Shown here: piece by piece, positions 1 through 8,736 of the stretch
Layout of the letters: each line of letters begins with the position of its first letter
Numbering within the stretch: position 1 is the first letter of the stretch
Assembly: GCA_040755455.1 (NCBI GenBank)
Contig: JBFMAY010000026.1
Span: forward strand, 1-55,292
Direction: 5' to 3'
Length of the DNA stretch: 55,292 nt
Origin: Thermodesulfobacteriota bacterium
GTDB lineage: Bacteria > Desulfobacterota > Desulfobulbia > Desulfobulbales > SURF-16
Notes under the pieces: generated by a model
What the model saw: the letters and a program-made list of their open reading frames with translations, nothing else
What the model was told of the DNA's origin: nothing
Database searches by the model: none
Program-made: the position numbers and the translations under genes

Positions 1-2
1 CC

Positions 3-56
3 ATTCAACGTAAACCCTCTTTGGGCACCATGCCCTCAGTATTTTATATAATCTAA
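3..56 (+). CDS. dsrO: C-terminal end of DsrO-type iron-sulfur subunit (partial, runs off window)
   Basis: Frame from nt 3 reads IQRKPSLGTMPSVFYII*, a typical NrfC/DsrO C-terminus (LGTxPxVxYI), ending 11 nt before dsrP. Confidence 0.7.
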   Translation: MQRKPSLGTMPSVFYII

Positions 57-67
57 GGTGATCAACT

Positions 68-1249
68 ATGTTAGAAAAATCGCTCAAAGGTAACTTAGGA
101 TACTGGGCATGGGTACTGTTTCTGCTCAGTATCATCGGGGTGGGCGTCATCTGTTATATTTACCAGTACAACTACGGTCTTGGCGCCACGGGCATGAGCC
201 GCGACGTAACATGGGGAATTTATATTTCCCAGTTTACCTTTCTGGTCGGTGTCGCTGCCGGTGGTTTGATGCTGGTCCTGCCCTATTATCTTCACCATTA
301 CAAGGATTTCGCCCGGATCACCATCCTGGGTGAATTCATGGCCATTGCCTCAGTTGCCATGTGTATGCTGTTTATCATGGCTGACCTTGGCCAGCCGATG
401 CGTGCATTGAATGTTGTCTTACATCCAACCCCAAACTCCATGCTGTTCTATGACATGATCGTTCTGAGCGGCTATCTGTTCCTCAACGTGGTTTGCGGCT
501 GGGTTGTGCTGCACTCCGAGTACAAGGGCATCAAATACCCCAGCTGGGTCAAACCGTTTATCTATATCTCGATCCCCTGGGCTGTTAGTATTCACACCGT
601 AACCGCTTTTCTGTACTGCGGTCTGCCGGGCCGCCATTTCTGGCTCACCGCCATTCTGGCTCCCCGCTTTCTCGCCTCCGCCTTTGCCGCCGGACCGTGC
701 CTGCTGATGGTCATCGCTCTGATCATGAAGCGAACCACCAAATTTGACATCGGCCGGGTGGCCCAGGACAAGCTGGTAACCATCATCGGTTATGCAGCCC
801 TGCTCAACTTCTTTTTCCTGGGTTGTGAGATCTTTGTCGCATACTACAGCACCATCCCCGGTCATATGCATACTTTGGACTACCTGTACTTCGGACTGAC
901 CGACCACATCACAGGCGTGGTACATAACAACCTGCAGCCGTTTATGATTGCCTCGGTTGTCATGGGCTTTGGCGGCATCGGACTCATTTTTGTATCACGC
1001 TACTTGAAGTCTGACCCCCTGCTGGCCCTGTCCTGCCTCCTGATCTTTGTTTCCTTCTGGATTGACAAGGGTCTTGGTCTGGTCCTCGGCGGTTTTGTAC
1101 CGAACGGACTTGAGCAGATCACCGAGTACATCCCGACATTTGCTGAAATAGGTATTACCGCAGGTGTCTGGGCAACCGGCTTCTTTATCATTACCGTGCT
1201 GTACAAAATAGCCATCTCCGTAAAACTGGAGAATGAAAAAACCGCCTAA
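68..1249 (+). CDS. dsrP: DsrP, NrfD-family membrane subunit of DsrMKJOP
   Basis: 393-aa polytopic membrane protein with GMSRDVTWGIYISQFTFLVGVAAG, DLGQP and SIHTVTAFL motifs. Confidence 0.88.
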   Translation: MLEKSLKGNLGYWAWVLFLLSIIGVGVICYIYQYNYGLGATGMSRDVTWGIYISQFTFLVGVAAGGLMLVLPYYLHHYKDFARITILGEFMAIASVAMCMLFIMADLGQPMRALNVVLHPTPNSMLFYDMIVLSGYLFLNVVCGWVVLHSEYKGIKYPSWVKPFIYISIPWAVSIHTVTAFLYCGLPGRHFWLTAILAPRFLASAFAAGPCLLMVIALIMKRTTKFDIGRVAQDKLVTIIGYAALLNFFFLGCEIFVAYYSTIPGHMHTLDYLYFGLTDHITGVVHNNLQPFMIASVVMGFGGIGLIFVSRYLKSDPLLALSCLLIFVSFWIDKGLGLVLGGFVPNGLEQITEYIPTFAEIGITAGVWATGFFIITVLYKIAISVKLENEKTA

Positions 1250-1269
1250 TTATCTTTTTTCATAGTTAC

Positions 1270-1308
1270 AAAAAAGAGCAGAACCTCAGGGTTCTGCTCT
1301 TTTTTTTT
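1270..1308 (+). terminator. Intrinsic terminator after dsrP (possibly bidirectional)
   Basis: AAAAAAGAGCAGAACC-TCAG-GGTTCTGCTCTTTTTTTTT. Confidence 0.9.
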
Positions 1309-1373
1309 GTGTGGCGAAAACCCATTTCGTTATTATAATGTCAGCTTAATTTCTCCATAATAAAAAAAATGAC

Positions 1374-1407
1374 TTGACAACGGGAGGACAACTGATAATT
1401 ATTATCA
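1374..1407 (+). promoter_or_regulatory. TTGACA -35 element with overlapping Fur-family box
   Basis: TTGACA at 1374-1379; perfect 7-1-7 palindrome TGATAAT-T-ATTATCA at 1393-1407. Confidence 0.75.
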
Positions 1408-1444
1408 AAAAGATTAAGCAATCAATAACAAACTGAAATGAGGT

Positions 1445-1681
1445 ATGATGATGGGTTGTAAATGCTCCTGCAAAAGTGAAATCTCGGATGAACAGAAAAA
1501 AATTCTGTCAGCAATGGCTGGAATGGAAACTGCCTGCGGCTCCAAAGACATTGCGGCCGCAACCGGCATTGACGGCAAAACGGTTGGCACGCACTTAAAA
1601 ACATTAAAGACAAAAGGTTATATCGGCAGTCCGGCAAGATGCAAATACGAAATAACCTCAGACGGTAAAGCAGCTATTTAA
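1445..1681 (+). CDS. Small Cys-rich winged helix-turn-helix protein
   Basis: 78 aa; pattern EQKKIL..SKDIAAATGIDGKTVGTHLKTLKTKGYI fits a wHTH; GAGG RBS upstream. Confidence 0.75.
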   Translation: MMMGCKCSCKSEISDEQKKILSAMAGMETACGSKDIAAATGIDGKTVGTHLKTLKTKGYIGSPARCKYEITSDGKAAI

Positions 1682-1708
1682 ATTTTGCCAGTATGGGTGG
1701 GAATGACC

Positions 1709-2038
1709 ATGAAAATCACGATAGATAACAACGTTGTTGAGCTTGTTCCTGAAAATAAGGATGAGACGTCGTCCCTCACGGTATTGTGGCGTATTCTGAT
1801 TGACTGCCTGGGTGACAACAAGATGCTGAACCCCATTGGCGAATACATCCCGGAAAAGAATAATCTAGCCCGGTTTGTCATAGAAGGGATTCCCGGCGGC
1901 ATCACCAAAAGAAGCAGCGACAAGCATGCCGAAGCTGACGCCGCCTACTACTGCGCGATCTGCAACAAGTATATGAATGTCAAGGCCGGGGATGAGCTGC
2001 CCATGTGCTGCGGCAAAATTATGGAATTTATGGATTAA
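1709..2038 (+). CDS. Hypothetical protein with C-terminal desulforedoxin-like CxxC...CCG metal site
   Basis: YYCAICNK...PMCCGKIM resembles the desulforedoxin CxxC-x15-CC Fe site; start may be ATG 1703 or 1709. Confidence 0.7.
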   Translation: MKITIDNNVVELVPENKDETSSLTVLWRILIDCLGDNKMLNPIGEYIPEKNNLARFVIEGIPGGITKRSSDKHAEADAAYYCAICNKYMNVKAGDELPMCCGKIMEFMD

Positions 2039-2068
2039 TCAATAGAGCAATGAAAAATGGAGGACAAG

Positions 2069-2230
2069 ATGGCCAAAGCGAAATATGAATGCCCATGTGG
2101 TTATGTGTATGACCCGGCGGAAGGGGATATGGAACACGGTGTTGAACCCGGCACAGCTTTCGAAGACCTGCCTGATAACTGGGTGTGCCCCAAGTGCGGC
2201 GCGGAAAAAGAGTACTTTAACAAGATGTAA
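2069..2230 (+). CDS. rub: Rubredoxin (53 aa, not in ORF track)
   Basis: [61 protein letters not shown]. Confidence 0.95.
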   Translation: MAKAKYECPCGYVYDPAEGDMEHGVEPGTAFEDLPDNWVCPKCGAEKEYFNKM

Positions 2231-2446
2231 GAAACCATACCGCACCCGGCGGCCCGGTCGCGTGGCTCAGGTGCAGCATGACCTCGCTGTCCGGCACCGC
2301 AAAGACTGCCGGCAAGCTTCATTTATTACTCTCACTCCTCTCTCTCCTGAAGGCACGGAGTACGAACTCCGTGCCTTCGCCTCATGATAAAACGATTTCT
2401 CCCCGCCGGCCCCAATAAGCCCGTCCGTGCCTGACCGGCTTTCCTC

Positions 2447-2473
2447 TTGACAATATGTGCCCTCCATTATAAT
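2447..2473 (+). promoter_or_regulatory. Putative sigma70 promoter of cysM-cysS fusion
   Basis: TTGACA-N15-TATAAT: perfect hexamers but a short 15-bp spacer. Confidence 0.45.
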
Positions 2474-2545
2474 CAGACTGTATATTTGTTGGATCATTCT
2501 CCGGAAATTTTACGGTTAACTAAAACGGGCGCCTGTTTACTGCAT

Positions 2546-4873
2546 ATGGAATATAAAAATATTCTTGACCTGATCGGCAACACGAAAATCGTGCCGATCA
2601 ACCGGTTGAACCCCCATAAGAAAGTCATCATCTACGCCAAAATCGAGGCCGGCAATCCAGGCGGCTCGGTAAAGGATCGTGTTGCCCTGTCCATGATCGA
2701 GACAGCGGAAAAAACCGGGGAACTGACCCCAGATAAAACAGTGCTGGAAGCAACCAGCGGCAACACCGGCATCGGCCTGGCCATGGTTTGCGCGGTAAAG
2801 GGCTACCGCTGCCAGCTGATCATGCCTGAGTCCGCCAGCATTGAACGCCGCAAGATCATGGAGGCCTATGGGGCGGAAATCCTCCTGACGCCGGGCAAAA
2901 GGGGCACGGACGGAGCCATTGAAAAGGCCTATGCCATGGCCAGGGAACATCCGGATCAGTACTTTCTCACCGACCAGTTTAACAATGATGCCAACTGGAT
3001 GGCCCACTTCAGAACCACCGGCCCGGAAATATGGGAGCAGACCGGCGGGCGGGTCACGGACGTGGTGGCCACCCTGGGCACTTCAGGCACGGTGATGGGC
3101 CTGTGCCGCTACTTTACCGAAAATCATCCGGAGGTGCGGATAACGGCGGTGGAGCCGTTTCTCGGCCATAAAATCCAGGGACTCAAGAACATGAAAGAGT
3201 CCTACAAGCCGGGGATTTTCAACAAAAACAAACCATACCAGATCATCAATATTCCGGACGAAGAGGCCTTCCGCCACGCCAGGCTGCTGGCCAGAAAGGA
3301 AGGGATCTTTGCCGGCATGAGTTCCGGGGCGGCCCTCTATGCCGCCCTGACGGTGGCGGAACAGCTCGAAGAGGGGGTGATTGTCGTCATCCTGCCGGAC
3401 AGCGGCGACAAATATCTGAGCACCGAGCTGTTCACCCGCAAGAAAGAAAAGAAGGCCAGAACAACGGGCCTGCGCTTTTTCAACTCGCTGAACCATAAAA
3501 AGGAGATCTTCCAGCCCCTTTCACCCAACCGAGTCACGTTTTATGCCTGCGGCCCCACCGCCCATGAGCATACCAACCTGGCCCACTGCCGGCGCTTCAT
3601 TGTGGCGGATCTTATCCACCGGATCCTGCTCAACAAGGGATACAATGTCCACTTTTACATGAATTTCACCGACCTTGACGACAACACCATCACCGGCGCG
3701 GCCAAGGCGGGCATACCGCTGAAAGAATTCACCGAACACTATATCAGCGAGTTCATGCAGGAAATCGAGGCCCTGGGGGTGCAGAAGGCCACAGGCTATC
3801 CCCGCGCCTCGGACCATGTTAATGAAATGATCAACATTGCCCATGAGCTGGTCCATAAAGGAAGTGCCTATGAGCAGCACGGCTCGGTCTATTTCGACAT
3901 CAGCAAATTCAAGAATTACGGCAAGCTTTCCAGGGTGCCGCTGGACAAAATCCTGGTGGGCAAGACCGTTGACCTGGATGATTACGAAAAAAACAACCCG
4001 CTGGACTTCACCCTGATGAAGAGGTCAACCTTGGCCGAGCTGAAAAGCGGTATCTTCTACCAGACCGACCGGGGCAACATGCGGCCGGGCTGGCACATCG
4101 AATGCGCCGCCATGACCCTGCACTATCTGGGCGACACCATGGATATCCACACCAGCGGCCGCGATCTCATCTTCCCGCACCATGAAAATGAAAATGCCAT
4201 CGCCGAAAGCCTGACCGGCAAGCCCCTGGCACGGTTCTGGATCCACAGCGAACTGCTGCTGGTTGACGGCAAAAAAATGAGCCTGGACAATAATAATGTC
4301 GTCACCTTGCGCCAGCTCATCGAACAGGGATATACCCCCCGGGAAATCCGCTTTTTCATGATCCGCAACCATTACCGCAAACCCATCAACTTTTCACTCA
4401 AGAAACTCGAGGCGGCCAGGGCCAGCCTCAGACGCCTGGATGAATTCACCCGCAAAATCCAGTGCCTGCCGCCGGACCTGCCGCACCCGAAGGTGGCAGC
4501 CTATGTCACCGAAATGGAAGAGAGCTTCCAGGCCGCCATGGATGACGACATGAATGTGTCCAAGGCCTTTGGCAGCCTGTTCGATTTCATCAAGAAGGTG
4601 AACCCCATCATCAATGACGGCCAGCTTGACCGCGATCAAAAACAGTACATCAAGGAAACCCTGGCCAGAATCGACTCGGTTCTCCATGTCCTGAAACTGG
4701 AGGAGTGCCCGCTGGCGCCGGAGATCGACAAGCTGATCCAGGAGCGGGAAAAGGCGCGCAAACAGAAGGACTGGGCCAAGGCGGACGATGTGCGCATCCG
4801 GCTTGCCGAACAGGGCATCACGGTGATCGACACGGCCAAAGGGCCGGTGTGGAAGGAAAACGAGAAAAACTGA
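2546..4873 (+). CDS. cysS: Cysteine synthase (CysM/K-type) - cysteinyl-tRNA synthetase fusion
   Basis: N-half: NPGGSVKDR (PLP Lys), EATSGNTG, LGTSGT, PDSGDKYLST. C-half: CGPT, NFTDLDD, RPGWHIEC, DLIFPHHENE, MDDDMN, C-terminal DWAKADDVR. One continuous frame. Confidence 0.92.
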   Translation: MEYKNILDLIGNTKIVPINRLNPHKKVIIYAKIEAGNPGGSVKDRVALSMIETAEKTGELTPDKTVLEATSGNTGIGLAMVCAVKGYRCQLIMPESASIERRKIMEAYGAEILLTPGKRGTDGAIEKAYAMAREHPDQYFLTDQFNNDANWMAHFRTTGPEIWEQTGGRVTDVVATLGTSGTVMGLCRYFTENHPEVRITAVEPFLGHKIQGLKNMKESYKPGIFNKNKPYQIINIPDEEAFRHARLLARKEGIFAGMSSGAALYAALTVAEQLEEGVIVVILPDSGDKYLSTELFTRKKEKKARTTGLRFFNSLNHKKEIFQPLSPNRVTFYACGPTAHEHTNLAHCRRFIVADLIHRILLNKGYNVHFYMNFTDLDDNTITGAAKAGIPLKEFTEHYISEFMQEIEALGVQKATGYPRASDHVNEMINIAHELVHKGSAYEQHGSVYFDISKFKNYGKLSRVPLDKILVGKTVDLDDYEKNNPLDFTLMKRSTLAELKSGIFYQTDRGNMRPGWHIECAAMTLHYLGDTMDIHTSGRDLIFPHHENENAIAESLTGKPLARFWIHSELLLVDGKKMSLDNNNVVTLRQLIEQGYTPREIRFFMIRNHYRKPINFSLKKLEAARASLRRLDEFTRKIQCLPPDLPHPKVAAYVTEMEESFQAAMDDDMNVSKAFGSLFDFIKKVNPIINDGQLDRDQKQYIKETLARIDSVLHVLKLEECPLAPEIDKLIQEREKARKQKDWAKADDVRIRLAEQGITVIDTAKGPVWKENEKN

Positions 4874-4896
4874 TAGTCAACCTCCCCTGCCCATGT

Positions 4897-4989
4897 GTAG
4901 GGGCAACCCTTGTGGTTGCCCTTTCAGCATAAATTATCAGGTAGCGGCGGGCAACGAGCACCAGGACAGCCACAAGGAGTACCTTGCAC
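4897..4989. repeat. GTAG-type REP-like palindrome with degenerate inverted partner
   Basis: GTAGGGGCAACC-CTTGT-GGTTGCCCT at 4897-4922; the reverse complement of 4964-4989 shares CCTTGTGG.TG.CC; lies between convergent genes. Confidence 0.6.
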
Positions 4990-5039
4990 TCCCCATCTTT
5001 GGGTCTGGTAAAAAGCTAGAAGAAACTTTGCGGGCCGGA

Positions 5040-6800
5040 TTACCGTTTTTTGATCGGGCAGACCCAGGACAGCGGCTGGAGAATGCGCTCCTTGAGGATC
5101 TGCTGGTCATAGGCGGCCACCAGATCCGATTTCTTCAGATACCCCACCACCTTGCGGGGCGCACCGCGCGCCACCACCGGCAGAAAGGAAAATTCATTGC
5201 CGGCAAAGATGTGGAAGGCCGTTTCCAGATCATCCTCTTCCACCACGGTCACCACCTCTCTCTGCATCAGGGCCGCGGCCGGGGTCGCATCGGAAAACTG
5301 CTCCGGGTGGGTCAGCCTGCTGCGCAGATCACGCAAGGTCAGCACTCCGGCCAACTCATTGTTGCTATCCACCACCACAAAATGGGGAAAGCTGCTCTGC
5401 TCCATCAGCTCGCCGATGCGGCACAGCGGGGTGTCCACCGTTAACAGCTGCAGCTCCCGGCACATGTAGTTTCTCACCACCATATTGCGCAAGCGGTTGA
5501 CATCATGGCCGCGGACAATATTGATGCCCCGGCGCAGCAGATTGGTCTCATACACCGAATAGCCGTGCAGAATCTTGACCACCAGCAGGCTGGGAGTGCA
5601 GGCCACCATCAGCGGCAGGATAACCTCATAGTTATAGGTCAGCTCGAAAATGGTCATAATGGCCGTAATCGGCGCAAGCGTTGTGCCGCTCACCATGGCC
5701 CCCATGCCGATCAGACTGAAGTAGGCGGTGGAATTAATGGTCTCCGGCCAGATGAGCTGGGCAATATGGCCGAAAACAGCACCGGTCATGGCGCCAATAA
5801 AAAGAGACGGGGCAAAGATGCCGCCGCTCATGCCGCTGCCGATGGAAAGTCCGGTGGCAAGAATCTTCCCCAGCACCAACGCTGCCGCCAAAACCAGGGG
5901 GATATTGCTGCCCAGCGCGTCATTGATGGTCCCATAACCAAGCCCCAGAACCTGCGGCCACACAAGGCCAAGACAACCCACCAGCAGTCCGCCCAGGGCC
6001 GGCGTCAGCCAGACCGGTACATTATATCTCTCATACAATCGCGGCAGCCCGAAGACCACCGCCATGAGCACCAGACTGAAAAATCCGCAGGCCAGACCCA
6101 TAGCCAGATAAAGCAAGAGTTCTGTCGGCTGCTGCATGACAAAGTGGGGGATATGAAAGACGGCAGCCCCCTGCCAGCAGTAGCGGGATACCAGGGTACC
6201 CGTCACTGCCGCAATGACGATTTTGCTCAGATTGGTAGCCTCCAGCTCCAGCAGCAGGATTTCCACGGCAAAAAGGGTGCCGGCCATGGGGGCTTGAAAG
6301 GTGGCGGCAATGCCGGCGGCAGCGCCGCAGGCCACGGCCATGCGCCGCTTGTCGCGGTCAAGTTTGAGCAGCTGCATGACAGTTGAACCGATGGACGCCC
6401 CGATCTGCACAATGGGTCCCTCGCGGCCCACGGAAGCCCCGGCCGCGATCAGCATGGCCGTGGCCCCGGTCTTGATCAGGGTGACCCGATGGCGGATATG
6501 CCCGCCTTTGAGAGCCAGGGCCTCCATCACCTCGGGCACCCCCGGCCCCCTGATCTCCGGCGCCCAGAAGGCAATAACCGGGCCGATCACCAGCCCGCCC
6601 AGGGCAGGCAGCAACACACGCCACAGCCAGTGCGGCTCGCCGCTCACGTCGCAGAAGAAATTGCCGGCCAGCTGCAACAGGGAGATCAAGGCATGAATAA
6701 GCCAGCGCAGAAAGACTGCTCCAAGCCCGGCCAGGGCACCGATCAGCACGGCGATCAGCAGAGGATAAAAGATATCGCTCAGGCGTCCCCGGGGCTTCAT
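5040..6800 (-). CDS. ClC-family anion channel/transporter with two CBS domains
   Basis: GPGVPE, GREGP and GGIFAP motifs plus C-terminal CBS pair; start taken at MKPRG. Confidence 0.92.
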   Translation of the reverse strand: MKPRGRLSDIFYPLLIAVLIGALAGLGAVFLRWLIHALISLLQLAGNFFCDVSGEPHWLWRVLLPALGGLVIGPVIAFWAPEIRGPGVPEVMEALALKGGHIRHRVTLIKTGATAMLIAAGASVGREGPIVQIGASIGSTVMQLLKLDRDKRRMAVACGAAAGIAATFQAPMAGTLFAVEILLLELEATNLSKIVIAAVTGTLVSRYCWQGAAVFHIPHFVMQQPTELLLYLAMGLACGFFSLVLMAVVFGLPRLYERYNVPVWLTPALGGLLVGCLGLVWPQVLGLGYGTINDALGSNIPLVLAAALVLGKILATGLSIGSGMSGGIFAPSLFIGAMTGAVFGHIAQLIWPETINSTAYFSLIGMGAMVSGTTLAPITAIMTIFELTYNYEVILPLMVACTPSLLVVKILHGYSVYETNLLRRGINIVRGHDVNRLRNMVVRNYMCRELQLLTVDTPLCRIGELMEQSSFPHFVVVDSNNELAGVLTLRDLRSRLTHPEQFSDATPAAALMQREVVTVVEEDDLETAFHIFAGNEFSFLPVVARGAPRKVVGYLKKSDLVAAYDQQILKERILQPLSWVCPIKKR

Positions 6801-6802
6801 GG

Positions 6803-8083
6803 TCAGAGCACCGGCAAAGACGCCTTGACCACCGGCAGCTCCCGCCAGCTGGTGGTATAGGCCTGGGATTTTTTCAGCTGCCGGTTTTTCCATGGCTTGG
6901 CAAAGCCTGCCACGGCATGCTGGATGGTAGAGCGTCCCCACTTGGCGTTGATATGGTCCAGGGCTGTCATGAGGGAGCTGCCTTTCTGGTCCCGCGTACG
7001 AAAGAGATTGGCCTGGTAAAAGGATTCCGGCACCAGGCCGAAGAGCACCACCCCGGCCTTCTGGTAGCGCAGTCCGGGCTTATACAGGCGGGCGAGGGCG
7101 GGTAGGGCGTGACGGATCAAGACGGTGGTGCTGGCCGTTGCTTCAGGCAGGGTAATAACCCTGCGGGCACTGTAATGGACAGCCGTTTTGCTGAAACGGT
7201 TGGTGGCAAGCGAGATCTCCAGGCTGTTGGCCAGGAGATGCTGGCCGCGCAGCCGCATCGCCGCCTGCTCGATATAGGTGGCCAGGGCCTCGTTGAGTTC
7301 GGCCAGGGACTCCACCTGGTAGCCGAAGGATTTCGAACTGGCGATGGATTTGCGGCTGAGCGGGCAATTATCCAGGCCGAGGCAGGCGATGCCCCGCAGC
7401 TCCATGGCGGTGCGCAGGCCGGTGATGCTCAGCTTTTTACGCAGCCAGTCGTCCCCGCAGTTCTTCAGATCCAGGGCGGTGGTGACGCCGCAAAGGGCCA
7501 GCCTTTCCGCCAGGCGACGGCCAATGCCCCACACCTCGGCCACGGGAAAGCGGCCGAGAATTGCATCGACATCGGCGCTGGTGATGTCAAACACCCCCTG
7601 CAGCGCCTCATTCTTTTTGGCCAGATGGCCGGCCACCTTGGCCAGGGTCTTGGTCGGCCCGATGCCGATGGAAACCGGAATGCCGGTCCAGCGCCGCACC
7701 GTCCGGCGCAGCTCCCTGCCATAGTCGGTGAGCGACCTGCCGGCAATGGCCGCGAGATGGAGAAAGGCCTCATCAATGGAATAGACCTCCACCTCCGGCT
7801 CAAGCCGCCCCAGCAGCGACATCACCCGGCTGGAGATATCGCCGTACAGGGCGTAGTTGGAGGAAAAAACCTCCACTCCCTGGGCCTTGAGCAGTTGCTC
7901 GTACTTGAAATACGGGGCGCCCATGGCAATGCCCAGGGTCTTGGCCTCGTTGGAGCGGGCAATGATGCAGCCGTCATTGTTGGACAGCACCACCACCGGT
8001 TTGCCGATGAGCTGCGGATTAAAGAGCCGCTCACAGGAGGCATAGAAATTATTGCAGTCAACCAGGGCGAACAGTTTGCTCAT
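6803..8083 (-). CDS. umuC: Y-family DNA polymerase V subunit UmuC
   Basis: ALVDCNNFYASCE, VLSNNDGC, YSIDEAF, SQAYTTSW. Confidence 0.95.
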   Translation of the reverse strand: MSKLFALVDCNNFYASCERLFNPQLIGKPVVVLSNNDGCIIARSNEAKTLGIAMGAPYFKYEQLLKAQGVEVFSSNYALYGDISSRVMSLLGRLEPEVEVYSIDEAFLHLAAIAGRSLTDYGRELRRTVRRWTGIPVSIGIGPTKTLAKVAGHLAKKNEALQGVFDITSADVDAILGRFPVAEVWGIGRRLAERLALCGVTTALDLKNCGDDWLRKKLSITGLRTAMELRGIACLGLDNCPLSRKSIASSKSFGYQVESLAELNEALATYIEQAAMRLRGQHLLANSLEISLATNRFSKTAVHYSARRVITLPEATASTTVLIRHALPALARLYKPGLRYQKAGVVLFGLVPESFYQANLFRTRDQKGSSLMTALDHINAKWGRSTIQHAVAGFAKPWKNRQLKKSQAYTTSWRELPVVKASLPVL

Positions 8084-8138
8084 GGGGCAAGACCTCGGGC
8101 GGCGGCAGGCGGCGCTGCGGCAGTATGGCAAGCGCCGG

Positions 8139-8585
8139 TTACAGGCGGTGAATGGCGCAGGTCACCACCCCCCACACCTCAAGCTCCATTTCCTTTTCGA
8201 TCTCCGTGTGGGGGTAAAGCGGATTCTCCGCCACCAGCCGGCAGCAATCTCCTGTCTTTACCAGCCGTTTCACGGTCAGCTCGCCGTCAACAATGGCGAT
8301 GACAATCCTGCCGGACACCGGCTCAAGGGAGCGATCGACAATGAGGATGTCATCATGATTGATGCCGGCGCCGGTCATGGAATCGCCGGCCACCCGGACA
8401 AAAAAGGTGGCCGCGGGATTGGTAATCAGATATTCGTTCAGATCCAGCTCCCGGTCAATATAATCATCGGCCGGGGAGGGGAAGCCGGCGGAAACGCCGC
8501 TGGAAAAAAGCGGGCGCAGCACCTGGCCTTTTTTTTCAAAGCGGTAGATGCCGGCAATGGAGGGAGCAAGACGGAGTGATGTCAT
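8139..8585 (-). CDS. umuD: DNA polymerase V autoproteolytic subunit UmuD (peptidase S24)
   Basis: SAGFPSPA cleavage site, GDSM catalytic Ser, TVKRL catalytic Lys. Confidence 0.95.
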   Translation of the reverse strand: MTSLRLAPSIAGIYRFEKKGQVLRPLFSSGVSAGFPSPADDYIDRELDLNEYLITNPAATFFVRVAGDSMTGAGINHDDILIVDRSLEPVSGRIVIAIVDGELTVKRLVKTGDCCRLVAENPLYPHTEIEKEMELEVWGVVTCAIHRL

Positions 8586-8736
8586 CGGATTATTCCTTTG
8601 GCAGAGAGGAAAAAGGGCGGGCGAGCCGCCCGGAAACCTCTCCAGAAAATAACAGAGGGACTTTTAACAGTCAACATGGTTATAATTAGAGAAAAAGAAC
8701 GAGCAAACTTCCCTGCCGAACTCCACCTGTAATTTT

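Noticed and set aside
7109..8302. 397-aa plus-strand ORF (likewise 23938-25287, 37224-38441, 26794-27894, 8686-9765)
   Set aside because: Antisense to well-supported genes, with no recognisable domains
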